A program made the translations under genes and the position numbers. Below the pieces are notes generated by a model. The model ran no database searches. It was not told the origin of the DNA and saw only the letters and a list, made by a program, of their open reading frames with translations. Positions 1-10,024 of a DNA stretch of 64,000 nt are shown here, one piece after another (position 1 is the stretch's first letter; every line of letters starts with the position of its first letter). The DNA comes from a bacterium (lineage in GTDB: Bacteria > Patescibacteriota > Minisyncoccia > Phycocordibacterales > UBA2100): positions 39,451-103,450 of the forward strand of contig JAYPJF010000002.1 of the NCBI GenBank assembly GCA_038128225.1, read 5' to 3'.

Positions 1-263
1 GTATGGCTCTCCCGAAAAGCGTTTCTGTCCCTCGTGTGCACGCTGTGCACATTCATACGCCTTGGTGACTAGTGCAACTGCATCACCGTCACGGTCGCGC
101 ATGTGTTGCACAATCTCGTTAAGCGATTTGATTGCGGTCATCTTGTCATCATACTGCGCGGTGGGGTACCTATGCAAAGAAAATCTATTCGTAGTGACAT
201 ACGGTATGATACACTCAAAAATGGACCCTTGAAGGGGTTCGGCAAAGAGAGAAGGAGTTGCCA

Positions 264-683
264 ATGTCAACAGCAACGGCGCGCATGCAAGCGCCACGGG
301 TCGCGGTGGCTCTCGAGACCACCGAAGAGGTGCTCGGCCGGCTCGGGTATTCCCCGGACCAGAAAAGGGCCCGGTGCATGATGGAGGCCGGCCTTCTTGG
401 CCTTGATCCGAACAGGGCGCACTGGTCGAAGAACCTGATCACCAGAATGCTCTCCGGCGGACAGGTGCGCGAGCAGTTTGCGTACGACAAGTACGCCGCG
501 ACCGCCCCTCTTTGGGAAGTGTACGGAGAAGTTCCCGACACCATCAAAAGTGCGGTTGCGCGCATTCGGGCGGCACTTCCGAACGCGAGGGTCGTGGTGC
601 ACACTGCGCGGTCCGATCCGTGGATCACAGTTGACGAACTCGTCGTCTTCGGCTGGGATTCCCGAGGCTCCTATTTGATCTGA
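264..683 (+). CDS. Hypothetical protein (orphan)
   Basis: ORF with GAAGGAG SD upstream of ATG 264; followed by a GC hairpin. Confidence 0.65.
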   Translation: MSTATARMQAPRVAVALETTEEVLGRLGYSPDQKRARCMMEAGLLGLDPNRAHWSKNLITRMLSGGQVREQFAYDKYAATAPLWEVYGEVPDTIKSAVARIRAALPNARVVVHTARSDPWITVDELVVFGWDSRGSYLI

Positions 684-698
684 GCCTCAACGACTTTG

Positions 699-723
699 CG
701 GCGGCCGGTTCTTCCGGCCGCCG
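699..723. terminator. GC-rich hairpin between convergent genes
   Basis: CGGCGGCCGG-ttctt-CCGGCCGCCG. Confidence 0.65.
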
Positions 724-2892
724 TTATTTTTTGTGCGGATTATGATTGGGGCAGATTTTACTACTGCACCGCTCGGGAATTGTTTTTGTGCCCGCCATCA
801 TCAGAGATCCGCACATGGAGCAGAGTTCACCTGTAGGGCGAGCTTTAATTGCAAGTTTGCAATCAGGATAGTTTGAGCAAGAGAAAAATGGGCCAAAGCG
901 ACCACGTCGCTCAACCATCTCTCCGTTTGCACGACTCGCTTTGAGGCAGTCTGGGCATGTAACCCCCGTTGAATTTAGAAGGGCGTCACGTTTTATGTAC
1001 TTACACTTCGGGTAGCGAGAGCAGGCAATAAACTTCCCAAATCGTCCCTCGCGCTCAATCAGCTGCCCACCATGTTTTTCGTTGCATTCTGGACATGGCT
1101 CACCGATTTCTTTCGGGGGTTCAATTATTGAACCATCTTCTTTGCGCGAACCACTACACTCGGGGAATTTTTTACAGCTCATAAATTTTCCCGTGCGTGA
1201 AAGTTTATACTCCATGGGGCCACCGCAGAGGGGACATACGAATTCCTCAGGAACATCACCGAGCGAGGTAAGTTTCGGTACGTCTTTTTTACTTTTCACT
1301 TCTTTAGTGAACGGCCCATAAAACTCTTTGAGTGTTTTGCCATATTCGCGCTTTCCGTCTGCAATTTCATCAAGTTCGTCTTCCATTTCTGAAGTGAACG
1401 AGTCGCTGATGTAGTCAGCAAAATGTTTTTCTAAAAATGAGGAAACCACGTCGCCGGTATCGGTGGGGAAAAGCGTGCGGCCTTCGCGTGTCACGTACCC
1501 CCGATCTTGCAGAGTCTTAATGATTGATGCGTACGTTGATGGGCGACCAATGCCGCGTTTTTCAAGCTCTTTCACCAGTCCTGCTTCGGTGTATCGAGGA
1601 GGTGGTTGTGTTTGTTTATGTTCACTCTCTGCGTGCATGAGAGTAAGCGGGTCGTCGGGGCTCATTTTGGGTAACTCAACTTCTTCGCCGCGTGCTGCGG
1701 GGTCTGCTTTGAGCCAGCCTTCAAACATGATGCGTGAACCGTGCGCAGCAAATACCGGCGCGGTTCCAGAGTGGGCAGTGCTGGTTGTTCTCATAACGCG
1801 CGCGTCTGCCATCTGGGACGCAAGTGCTCGTGCGCGAATGAGCGAATAGAGTTTCTTCTGCTCTTCATTTGTTCCCGCTGATGCTTTGCCTGGGTTTGTG
1901 GGGCGGATTGCTTCGTGTGCTTCTTGGGCGGATTTGCTTTTTGTTTTAAAAGTGCGCGGCTGTGCAAAAGATTCTCCAAATTCTCGGTGTACCGTTCCTA
2001 AGAGTGCGGCGCGGGCTTCTTTTGCGAGGTTTGTTGAATCTGTACGCATATAGGTGATGTGGCCTGACTCATACAGTTTTTGGGCGATGCCCATGGTGCG
2101 TGAAGGCGAGAATCCGAATCGCGTTGACGCAACTTGTTGAAGAGTTGATGTCGTAAACGGCGCCCGGGGTGCGCGTGCCTGCTCTTTTTCTTCTACCGAA
2201 AGGACGCCCCAAGGTTTCGCCCGTACCTCTTCGAGAATTGAAAGAGCTGTTTTTTCATCCTTCGGCTCTTCACTACAGGTAAACGTAACCACGTGCCCAT
2301 CTTTTGTTTTTACGTCAGCAGTGAGCACCCAAAAATCTTCAGGTACAAAGGCGCGAATCTCTCGCTCCCGTTCCATGAGGATTCTCAATGCGGGGGATTG
2401 CACACGGCCTGCGGAAAGGCCGTAGCGTACTTTTTGCCAGATGAGTCCCGACAAATCATACCCAAACAGACGATCGAGCACACGGCGGGCTTCCTGCGCT
2501 TCCCGCAATTTGGTGTCGATTGCACGCGGATGCGTGAGCGCTTCTTTTATGGCGTTCTCGGTTATTTCGTGGAACACAATACGGTGTGCTTTTTTGAGGT
2601 GCAGTGTTTGTGACAAATGCCACGCGATCGCTTCTCCTTCGCGATCGGGGTCGGTTGCCAGAATAACGTTGTCTGCTTTTTTCGCTGCTTTTGACAGTTC
2701 TTCGATAACCGCTTCTTTGCCTTTTACAATCTGGTAGTTTGGTGCAAAGTCATTTTTTATATCGATTGCGTTTTTGTTACTTTTCGGCAAATCGCGAATA
2801 TGGCCGACTGACGCGCGAACGACATACCCCTTGCCGAGGTATTTCTCAATCGTCTTTGCTTTTGACGGTGACTCAACAATAACGAGCTCCAT
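724..2892 (-). CDS. topA: DNA topoisomerase I
   Basis: LVIVESPSKAKTI, ATDPDREGEAI, SAGRVQS, ITYMRTDS, EAHEAIRP; C-terminal Zn ribbons. Confidence 0.98.
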   Translation of the reverse strand: MELVIVESPSKAKTIEKYLGKGYVVRASVGHIRDLPKSNKNAIDIKNDFAPNYQIVKGKEAVIEELSKAAKKADNVILATDPDREGEAIAWHLSQTLHLKKAHRIVFHEITENAIKEALTHPRAIDTKLREAQEARRVLDRLFGYDLSGLIWQKVRYGLSAGRVQSPALRILMEREREIRAFVPEDFWVLTADVKTKDGHVVTFTCSEEPKDEKTALSILEEVRAKPWGVLSVEEKEQARAPRAPFTTSTLQQVASTRFGFSPSRTMGIAQKLYESGHITYMRTDSTNLAKEARAALLGTVHREFGESFAQPRTFKTKSKSAQEAHEAIRPTNPGKASAGTNEEQKKLYSLIRARALASQMADARVMRTTSTAHSGTAPVFAAHGSRIMFEGWLKADPAARGEEVELPKMSPDDPLTLMHAESEHKQTQPPPRYTEAGLVKELEKRGIGRPSTYASIIKTLQDRGYVTREGRTLFPTDTGDVVSSFLEKHFADYISDSFTSEMEDELDEIADGKREYGKTLKEFYGPFTKEVKSKKDVPKLTSLGDVPEEFVCPLCGGPMEYKLSRTGKFMSCKKFPECSGSRKEDGSIIEPPKEIGEPCPECNEKHGGQLIEREGRFGKFIACSRYPKCKYIKRDALLNSTGVTCPDCLKASRANGEMVERRGRFGPFFSCSNYPDCKLAIKARPTGELCSMCGSLMMAGTKTIPERCSSKICPNHNPHKK

Positions 2893-3040
2893 AGGTCAAT
2901 AGAAGTACCTCATTAGCCTACCATGTGTCAAGAGAGAAGGCGGGGACGGGCCTGCATGGTACCCATAAGAAACAGCAGTTCATTGACATCTCGCGTTTCT
3001 GTGGAATCATATAGCTAGTTACAGAGGACAGGAGGACTGT

Positions 3041-3148
3041 ATGGAAATTTTAGTTATTAAGTCGCTGGTTGCGATTGCGATTGGCGGTGGCATCGGTTTA
3101 TTCGCGTTCTGTCTGGGGCTCGCCGTGAGCCCTAAGAAGGAACGGTGA
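3041..3148 (+). CDS. 35-aa single-TM small protein (not in ORF track)
   Basis: MEILVIKSLVAIAIGGGIGLFAFCLGLAVSPKKER; AGGAGG SD, TTGACA at 2983, palindrome downstream. Confidence 0.65.
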   Translation: MEILVIKSLVAIAIGGGIGLFAFCLGLAVSPKKER

Positions 3149-3155
3149 CAAGTTT

Positions 3156-3181
3156 GAAACCGGCAGCATGCTGCCGGTTTC
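3156..3181. terminator. Perfect 26-bp palindrome between convergent genes
   Basis: GAAACCGGCAGCATGCTGCCGGTTTC. Confidence 0.65.
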
Positions 3182-4048
3182 TCATTTCATGCGAACCACC
3201 CCGAGTTCTTCAGCGATGAGTCCTTTGATTTCCATCATGGAAAGGAGCGCGTTTGCCTCTGCTGCTTGTTTCTGAAGCGTTTTGATTAATACGTCACGCT
3301 CGGTAGGCTGGCCTCCAAGAATATCGAGCACCATGCGCTCATCTGGGGTGAGACTACTCCAGTCAATCGAGTGATTTTTCGCTTCGTGTTCAAACCCGAG
3401 TGTATCGAGAATGTCCTGGGGTGAGGTAACTAGCGTTGCGCCGAGCTTTAGAAATTGATGCGCGCCTTTGGAGGCGGCGCTAAAAATCGACCCGGGCACC
3501 ACCAAAAGCTCTCGATTGTAGTCACTCGCTAATCGCGCAGTAATGAGCGTGCCTGATCGTTCTTCTGCCTCAATCACAAGCACGGCGTGACTCAGGCCAA
3601 CCATGACCCGATTACGTTGCGGAAAAGTCCAGGGAGCTGCGCGTAACTTCGGTTCGAATTCAGAAACAAGTGCGCCTCCGCGGTCGAGTATTGTACGCGC
3701 AAGGTTTACATTCGTGCGTGGATATAAAACATCCCAGTCAAGCCCCGAGCCAGGCACGGCTACACAGGTAAGATCGGCATGCAAAGCTGCCTTATGTGCA
3801 CACGCATCAATACCAAGCGCCAGCCCCGAGACAATAACGATGGGAAAACCTCGCAGACCCTCAATGAGATGTTCACATACTTGCTTGCCGTACGGTGTGT
3901 ACTTGCGAGATCCAACCACGGCAAGCCAACGCGCCTCAGTGCTTTGAGGTAATGAACCGCGGATCCATAACTGCTCCGGAGGTTTTGGAATCTCGTGCAG
4001 TAAAGGTGGAAAAGCACTTTTTGGGCAGCGGGTGATTTCATCGCTCAT
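3182..4048 (-). CDS. dprA: DNA-processing protein DprA
   Basis: AVVGSRK, VSGLALGID, FPQRNR, EAEERSGTLITA; adjacent to topA. Confidence 0.97.
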   Translation of the reverse strand: MSDEITRCPKSAFPPLLHEIPKPPEQLWIRGSLPQSTEARWLAVVGSRKYTPYGKQVCEHLIEGLRGFPIVIVSGLALGIDACAHKAALHADLTCVAVPGSGLDWDVLYPRTNVNLARTILDRGGALVSEFEPKLRAAPWTFPQRNRVMVGLSHAVLVIEAEERSGTLITARLASDYNRELLVVPGSIFSAASKGAHQFLKLGATLVTSPQDILDTLGFEHEAKNHSIDWSSLTPDERMVLDILGGQPTERDVLIKTLQKQAAEANALLSMMEIKGLIAEELGVVRMK

Positions 4049-4195
4049 ACTGCAAGCCTAACACCTGGGTGCGCCAGTATAGTATTAGTTTTTCTTTTCT
4101 GGTGGTACAAGTCCAATTCACAACTGAAAAGAAGAACCTCGCGCGCTTGTGTGTAGCGCATTGCGAAGCGGCAAGATGCGTATACAATCACGTCT

Positions 4196-5467
4196 ATGCT
4201 CGATATTAAATTCATACGCGAAAATAAAGAACTCATAGCGGCTGGCGCACAAAAGAAACGCATGCAAGTCGATCTTGATCGCTTAGTCGCTGTTGACGAC
4301 CAGCGGAAAGAATTGCAGGCTCGCATTGACGAAAAACGGGCACAACAAAATGAAGCGAGTACGCGTGTGGCGAGCGCAAAGGACGATGCAACAAAACAGG
4401 CGATCATTGCTGACATGCAGCGCATTAAGGATGCGCTTAAGAGTGAAGAAGAAGAGCTGAAACCGATTATGGAAGAGTGGCGCGCCTTAATGGTGCGTGT
4501 TCCTAATATTCCCGACATGTCCGTACCGGAAGGAGATAGTGATGCTGACAACCAAGAAGTGAAAGCGTGGGGCGAAAAAACGAAATTTTCATTCACACCT
4601 AAAAGTCACATCGAGCTTATGACCGCGCTCGATATGGTGGACCTTGACCGTGGTGCAAAAGTTTCCGGATTTCGTGGGTACTTTCTCAAAAACGACGGAG
4701 CGATACTGAGCTGGGCGATCTGGCGCTATGCGCAGGATTTCTTTTTGAAAAAACAATTCACTCCCATGATCGTTCCTTCACTGGTGCGCAAGGAATCATT
4801 CTTTGGGACTGGATATTTGCCACAAGGAGAGGAGGATTTGTATAAAACACAAGACGGTGAATATCTAGCCGGTACCGCGGAGGTGGCGACCATGGGCTAC
4901 TACATGGACGAAGTTGTCGATGCCGCGGCGTTGCCCATAAAATTTATTTCGTTTTCTCCATGTTTTCGCCGGGAGGCAGGAGCGCACAGTAAAGATGTAA
5001 AAGGATTGATTCGCGTGCACGAATTCTACAAATGGGAGCAAGTCGTTTTGTGTGAGGCGAGCCACGAAGAGTCGGTGCGCTGGCATGAGTGGATTAACCG
5101 CAACACTGAAGAGTTCATTGAGTCGCTCGGCATTCCGTATCATACGGTAGCAAACTGCGGTGGTGATTTGGGACAAGGCCAGGTAAAAAAATACGATATT
5201 GAATTGTGGGTACCTGGGGAAGAAAAGTATCGAGAAATCAGCTCCGCGTCGTATTTTCATGATTTCCAAACGCGTCGTCTTAATATTCGCTACAAAGACA
5301 AAGAAGGCAAGATGCGTTTTGTACACTCATTGAACTCAACTGCTGTACCAACGCCTCGCGTGCTTGTCTCTTTGGTAGAAAACTTTCAGCAGGCGGATGG
5401 CTCGATTATGATTCCGGAAGTGCTCCGGCCATACGTTGGGAAAGATGCCATCACATCGAAGTCATAA
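4196..5467 (+). CDS. serS: Serine--tRNA ligase
   Basis: MLDIKFIREN, N-terminal coiled coil, GTAE, FRREAG, RVHEFYK, EISSAS. Confidence 0.98.
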   Translation: MLDIKFIRENKELIAAGAQKKRMQVDLDRLVAVDDQRKELQARIDEKRAQQNEASTRVASAKDDATKQAIIADMQRIKDALKSEEEELKPIMEEWRALMVRVPNIPDMSVPEGDSDADNQEVKAWGEKTKFSFTPKSHIELMTALDMVDLDRGAKVSGFRGYFLKNDGAILSWAIWRYAQDFFLKKQFTPMIVPSLVRKESFFGTGYLPQGEEDLYKTQDGEYLAGTAEVATMGYYMDEVVDAAALPIKFISFSPCFRREAGAHSKDVKGLIRVHEFYKWEQVVLCEASHEESVRWHEWINRNTEEFIESLGIPYHTVANCGGDLGQGQVKKYDIELWVPGEEKYREISSASYFHDFQTRRLNIRYKDKEGKMRFVHSLNSTAVPTPRVLVSLVENFQQADGSIMIPEVLRPYVGKDAITSKS

Positions 5468-6338
5468 AACAAAGAGAAGTGACGTGTGGCAGGCGTCCCT
5501 TCCTTTGACTGAACGTCCAAAAAAGAAGCGGTCGCTTGCCGTGGAGAGGCGTCGTCGCCGAGTTTTCATGGCCGGCATTGCAAGCGTGCTGCTTTGTGTT
5601 GGTGTAGGTTTGCTCGCGTACGCTTCGCATCATCCGTGGATAGTAATTCGGCACATTACCGTTGAAGGCACTGCGCGCATTGATCCGAAGCGTATTGAGG
5701 CGGACATTGCATTGCAGCTCCAGGCGCACGCGCAGCACCTATTTTCTCGCAGTACGGTATTCTTTTTTGGTGGCTCAACACTCGCTTCGAATATTGAACA
5801 AAGCATCCCCGCGATTAAAGAAGCGCAAGTAGCACTTGTATCGATCACTGACCCTGCGATTCGCGTGCGAGTCGAGGAACGCACCGAGTATGCGCGGTGG
5901 TGTAATGATGGTAACGAATGTTTCGTCCTTGACGATACGGGGTTTGCATTCGCTCCATACCACGAGCAGGTGTATACGAGCGGGGTAACGTTCCGCGGCG
6001 GTTTTGAGGGGAGCCAAAATCCGATTGGCATGCATTTTGTGGTACCGGCGTTTCGAGAGATTAAAAAGATTCTCACGGCGTTTAAAAACGAAACGTATCC
6101 GATCGCCGAGTTTGAAATAGTAAACGAGCGGGATGCGCGCCTTGTGCTTCAAAACGGCATCACGATCTACGTTACTCTCGGGCAAGTTCCTGAGGAGGCC
6201 GCAAGCATTTTTAAAACTGCACTCACCGCCTCTACTCTCGAAAAGCGATTGCTCGATCTGGAGTATGTTGATTTGCGATTTGGAAACCGCGTTTACTATA
6301 AATACAAAAGGGAGGCGTCAGTACCGTTACAAGACTAA
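5445..6338 (+). CDS. FtsQ/DivIB-like POTRA protein
   Basis: Basic N-terminus, one TM, POTRA-like region, C-terminal YVDLRFGNRVYYK. Confidence 0.75.
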   Translation: MPSHRSHKTKRSDVWQASLPLTERPKKKRSLAVERRRRRVFMAGIASVLLCVGVGLLAYASHHPWIVIRHITVEGTARIDPKRIEADIALQLQAHAQHLFSRSTVFFFGGSTLASNIEQSIPAIKEAQVALVSITDPAIRVRVEERTEYARWCNDGNECFVLDDTGFAFAPYHEQVYTSGVTFRGGFEGSQNPIGMHFVVPAFREIKKILTAFKNETYPIAEFEIVNERDARLVLQNGITIYVTLGQVPEEAASIFKTALTASTLEKRLLDLEYVDLRFGNRVYYKYKREASVPLQD

Positions 6339-6359
6339 GAGCGGCCAATGGCCGCTCTT
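6337..6359. terminator. Hairpin between convergent genes
   Basis: AAGAGCGGCCA-a-TGGCCGCTCTT. Confidence 0.6.
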
Positions 6360-6362
6360 GTG

Positions 6363-6668
6363 TCATGGTGTTCCCGCTTCTGCGTCTGACGCCACTTCCA
6401 CGAGGGCGAACTTGGTGAGAAAGGCTGAACCCGCATCGGGGCTCAAGAGAACCAGGAGCCGCAGCGCGTTCGTGTGAACTGGCTCTGCGGATTTTGCTGT
6501 TGCAAGAACCAGCGCTTCTGCAAGAAGCACGTGCCTCTCGAGTGTTCTCGGGTTGGCTAGCAACTTCTCCACAAGTGCATCCAACTCATTCTCGAGAACT
6601 CCACGTGAATGCGGCGCGGCGTTTTGGCCGGCAAAAAACCCTACGAATCCTTGCAGACTCATGCCCAT
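6363..6668 (-). CDS. Hypothetical protein (orphan)
   Basis: AGGAGG SD and TTGCGC-17-TAAGCT promoter on the minus strand. Confidence 0.65.
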   Translation of the reverse strand: MGMSLQGFVGFFAGQNAAPHSRGVLENELDALVEKLLANPRTLERHVLLAEALVLATAKSAEPVHTNALRLLVLLSPDAGSAFLTKFALVEVASDAEAGTP

Positions 6669-6740
6669 AGCGTTCCTCCTGGAAGCGGTGTATCTACGTG
6701 CAGCTTAACGCTGCAATTTTTATTGCGCAAGTAACATAGA

Positions 6741-6761
6741 GCCGCGGCCAAAGGCCGCGGC
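6741..6761. terminator. GC hairpin
   Basis: GCCGCGGCC-aaa-GGCCGCGGC just after the stop of 6766..7059. Confidence 0.6.
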
Positions 6762-6765
6762 GGAA

Positions 6766-7059
6766 TCATTTGAAAACATAGATGCGGCTACCACCGGTGA
6801 CAGCCGCTTTTACCAGTGCCAAATCGACGACAATACCTGGCCGCACCTGAACGGTGCTACTGGGGTGTTGCAGGGCAAAAACTTTGTGCAATGGGGCGTT
6901 TTTAAAGAATCGCCTTTTGACAAACAACACCCACTGGTACCCTTTGCCATTTTCAGCATCTACGCAGTGCACAACTTGATATTCACCAGTAAGTGGCTCC
7001 TGAGGCGACGGCCGACTCTTCGTTTTGGGTGTGCTAGGAAATGTGATCACTTTCGCCAT
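6766..7059 (-). CDS. Hypothetical protein (orphan, MAKVITFP...)
   Basis: AAGGAGG SD before ATG 7059; TTGACT-17-TATTTT promoter. Confidence 0.65.
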   Translation of the reverse strand: MAKVITFPSTPKTKSRPSPQEPLTGEYQVVHCVDAENGKGYQWVLFVKRRFFKNAPLHKVFALQHPSSTVQVRPGIVVDLALVKAAVTGGSRIYVFK

Positions 7060-7152
7060 GCGTCCCTCCTTTGGGCACGTTCTATTTCCAACAAAAAAAT
7101 AGAATGAACATGCTATGTAGTCAAGGAGTGTAACTGTTGCTATAGTCGCCGC

Positions 7153-8106
7153 ATGCAATCGTTTTGGGATAAACTCCAAAAGCCATTTTTTGTGCTTGCG
7201 CCCATGGAAGATGTTACCGATACAGCATTTCGTCGGATCATTTGTGAGCATGGAAAACCGGATGTGACCTGGACCGAGTTTACTTCTGCGGATGGACTCA
7301 TGTTGGCCAATCCAAAAGGTAAAAAGAAATTATTGAGAAAACTTTCTTTTGGAGAAGGGGAGCGACCAATTGTTGCGCAGCTTTTTACTTCACAGTGCGA
7401 ACGCATGGAACAGGCAGCGGCGCTCTGTGAACAGCTTGGCTTTGACGGTATAGATATCAACATGGGTTGTCCCGACAATGCAGTGGAGCGCCAGCGGTGT
7501 GGTGCTGCACTCATTAAATATCCAGAGCAGGCGGTTGCGCTCATTCGTGCGGCGAAAAGCGGCGCACCTCGTACTCCTATTTCAGTGAAAACACGCGCAG
7601 GATACAAAAGTGATAGTGAACTCGAGAAGTGGATTACGACATTACTCCAGGAAAAACCGGCGGCGCTGACACTACACGCGCGCACACGCAAAGATATGTC
7701 GAAAGTGCCAGCACGGTGGCACTTGGTGGCTCAGACGGTCGCACTTCGGGACGCACTGAGCCCACACACGCGTGTGATCGGCAATGGCGACGCGCTTACT
7801 CTAGAGGATGCCCGGCAAAAAGCTGAGGCGAGTGGGGCCGACGGCGTGATGCTCGGCCGTGCTATTTTTGGCAACCCGTGGCTTTTTTCAGAACATATAC
7901 CCACGCCAGAAGAGCGTCTCAGGGCTCTCGAAAAACATATTCGCTATTTTGAAGAAATGATGGCTGACGTGGCCGCGTATGCAGTCATGAAAAAGCACTT
8001 CAAAGCATATATAACAGGATGGGACGGTGCGAAAGATTTACGCGCGCAGCTTATGGAAACAACTAATGCTCGGGAAGCACTTGCATTACTTGCCAAAGCG
8101 GCATAG
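7153..8106 (+). CDS. dus: tRNA-dihydrouridine synthase
   Basis: LAPMEDVTD, DINMGCP, SVKTRAG, LHART, IGNGD, GVMLGRA. Confidence 0.95.
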   Translation: MQSFWDKLQKPFFVLAPMEDVTDTAFRRIICEHGKPDVTWTEFTSADGLMLANPKGKKKLLRKLSFGEGERPIVAQLFTSQCERMEQAAALCEQLGFDGIDINMGCPDNAVERQRCGAALIKYPEQAVALIRAAKSGAPRTPISVKTRAGYKSDSELEKWITTLLQEKPAALTLHARTRKDMSKVPARWHLVAQTVALRDALSPHTRVIGNGDALTLEDARQKAEASGADGVMLGRAIFGNPWLFSEHIPTPEERLRALEKHIRYFEEMMADVAAYAVMKKHFKAYITGWDGAKDLRAQLMETTNAREALALLAKAA

Positions 8107-8145
8107 GGTAGCGCAAGTTAATTACGGTAGAGGAGCAAACAAGTC

Positions 8146-8889
8146 ATGCCGCGTGCGGCCAATTCTCGAACTGCAGTGCGTCGCTTTATGATCGACGGCA
8201 GTGTTCCGTCAACACATGATGTGGCGTATGTGACTAACGACGGTTACGACACTGCTCGACGGGGTTTGCGTCGAGTCGGAGTGCATATGCGCACACAGGA
8301 AGAAGTGCTGTTATTGAAGTATCGTGCTGCTGTGCTTTTGGCGCAAGTTGCGCATCCACAAAAAATTGCAACTTTTGAAGGGATTGCGCGGGTACGAAAA
8401 GTAAGGCTTGGGACGGTACACAAATTCTTCAGTGACCCAAAGCGAGAAGAGCTCTGCGAAAAGTGGGGTGTCGTATGCGAGAAAGAGGTAACAAGAATCA
8501 TACTTGAGCGAGCAGCGCGTCGGTGGCGCAAGAAAAATCCCGGCAAAATACTAACGCGCAAAAGACTTGCGTATGAAAGCAAGCTGTCATACGCGTGTGT
8601 TTCTGAACGATTGCACGCACACCCAGATTTGTGTCAAGAAATTGGTGTTGTGTATACCTATAGTGGCTATGAAAAGACTGATAGCGCACATCTAAAAAGC
8701 AAAGAAACGTTGTGGCGTTCGAAAAATCCAGGGGTTGCCCTGACGAGAAAAAAGTTCGCGTGTGCCCTGAACTGGGAGTACGACCGGTTGGTCTCTGTTT
8801 TGCGTCGGCACCCCAGGCTGCTTGATGAATTAGGAATTGTGGGGCGTGTGACAAGGCGACGCAAGAAACTCCAGCTGCCGTGCACGTAA
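8146..8889 (+). CDS. Basic protein with tandem HTH-like repeats
   Basis: GAGGAG SD; repeated WRxKNPGxxLTRKxxA...HPxLxxExGhV units. Confidence 0.6.
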   Translation: MPRAANSRTAVRRFMIDGSVPSTHDVAYVTNDGYDTARRGLRRVGVHMRTQEEVLLLKYRAAVLLAQVAHPQKIATFEGIARVRKVRLGTVHKFFSDPKREELCEKWGVVCEKEVTRIILERAARRWRKKNPGKILTRKRLAYESKLSYACVSERLHAHPDLCQEIGVVYTYSGYEKTDSAHLKSKETLWRSKNPGVALTRKKFACALNWEYDRLVSVLRRHPRLLDELGIVGRVTRRRKKLQLPCT

Positions 8890-8894
8890 TGCCG

Positions 8895-8918
8895 GACCGC
8901 GCGAATCTTCGCGCGGTC
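8895..8918 (+). terminator. GC hairpin
   Basis: GACCGCGCGAA-tc-TTCGCGCGGTC. Confidence 0.6.
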
Positions 8919-8935
8919 TTTGCTATAATCCGGCC

Positions 8936-9973
8936 ATGCAAAAAACTGGACTTGCGCTCTACCGTACCTATCGGCCGCATACCTTTAAAGAAGTGAGAGG
9001 ACAAGAACATATTACTGACGTGCTTTCAGCTGCAGTGAAAAATAAAACGATCGCGCACGCGTATTTATTTGCGGGTACGCGAGGCACAGGGAAGACATCA
9101 GTTGCGCGTATTTTAGCGCGAGAAATCGGTTGCACCGACAAAGATTTATACGAAATGGATGCGGCATCGAACCGTGGTGTAGACGACATTCGAGAGGTGC
9201 GCGAAGGCGTGTACTCACTTCCGTTTGAGTCGCCATACAAAGTGTATATCGTGGATGAGGCGCATATGCTCACCAAGGAGGCATGGAATGCGCTCCTCAA
9301 AACGCTCGAAGAACCGCCTTCGCATGTGGTTTTTATACTTGCGACTACCGAGCTTCATAAAGTACCCGACACCATTCAATCTCGCTGCGAGACATATATT
9401 TTCCGAGAACCATCACGTGATGTAATTGCTGATGCGGTTGAAGCGGTTGCAAAAGCAGAAAAATGCACGCTTGAACGATCTGCTGCTGATCTCATTGCCA
9501 CTCTTGCTGAAGGATCGTTTCGCGACGCGCTTAGTATCCTGCAAAAAGTACTTACGATTTCGAAAGACAAAAAAGTTGATGTCGAGGAGGTTGAGCGTGT
9601 GACCGGAGCTCCAACGGGGGAACTGCTGCGCCGAGTGCTGAGCGCACTCGCTTCGCGCGATTACGAAACTGCGTTAGCCTCAGTGCGTAACGCACAAGAA
9701 GTGAGCGCCGATGCAAAATTGTTTACCCGATTTCTAATACAGCGAGTCCGAAACACACTCCTGCTTCGTCTTGCTCCAAAAATGAAAGAATCGCTCGCGC
9801 AAGAACATACTAAGGCCGATTTCGAATTACTTGAGCGATTGGCGACAGAGAAGGATAATGGAATCACGCTTGTACTTTTGCGCGGATTGTTGCGCGCGTA
9901 TGAAGATATAACACTCGCTGCAGTTCCGTATCTTCCGCTCGAAATTGCGCTGATGGAAAGTACAACATCGTAG
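8936..9973 (+). CDS. dnaX: DNA polymerase III gamma/tau (short form)
   Basis: LYRTYRP, GTRGTGKTS, EMDAAS, DEAHML, KTLEEPP, SRC. Confidence 0.97.
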   Translation: MQKTGLALYRTYRPHTFKEVRGQEHITDVLSAAVKNKTIAHAYLFAGTRGTGKTSVARILAREIGCTDKDLYEMDAASNRGVDDIREVREGVYSLPFESPYKVYIVDEAHMLTKEAWNALLKTLEEPPSHVVFILATTELHKVPDTIQSRCETYIFREPSRDVIADAVEAVAKAEKCTLERSAADLIATLAEGSFRDALSILQKVLTISKDKKVDVEEVERVTGAPTGELLRRVLSALASRDYETALASVRNAQEVSADAKLFTRFLIQRVRNTLLLRLAPKMKESLAQEHTKADFELLERLATEKDNGITLVLLRGLLRAYEDITLAAVPYLPLEIALMESTTS

Positions 9974-10024
9974 TTGTGCACGCGTAGAGATTGAGCTGTT
10001 GGCACCGGATGGTAAGGTGTTTTT

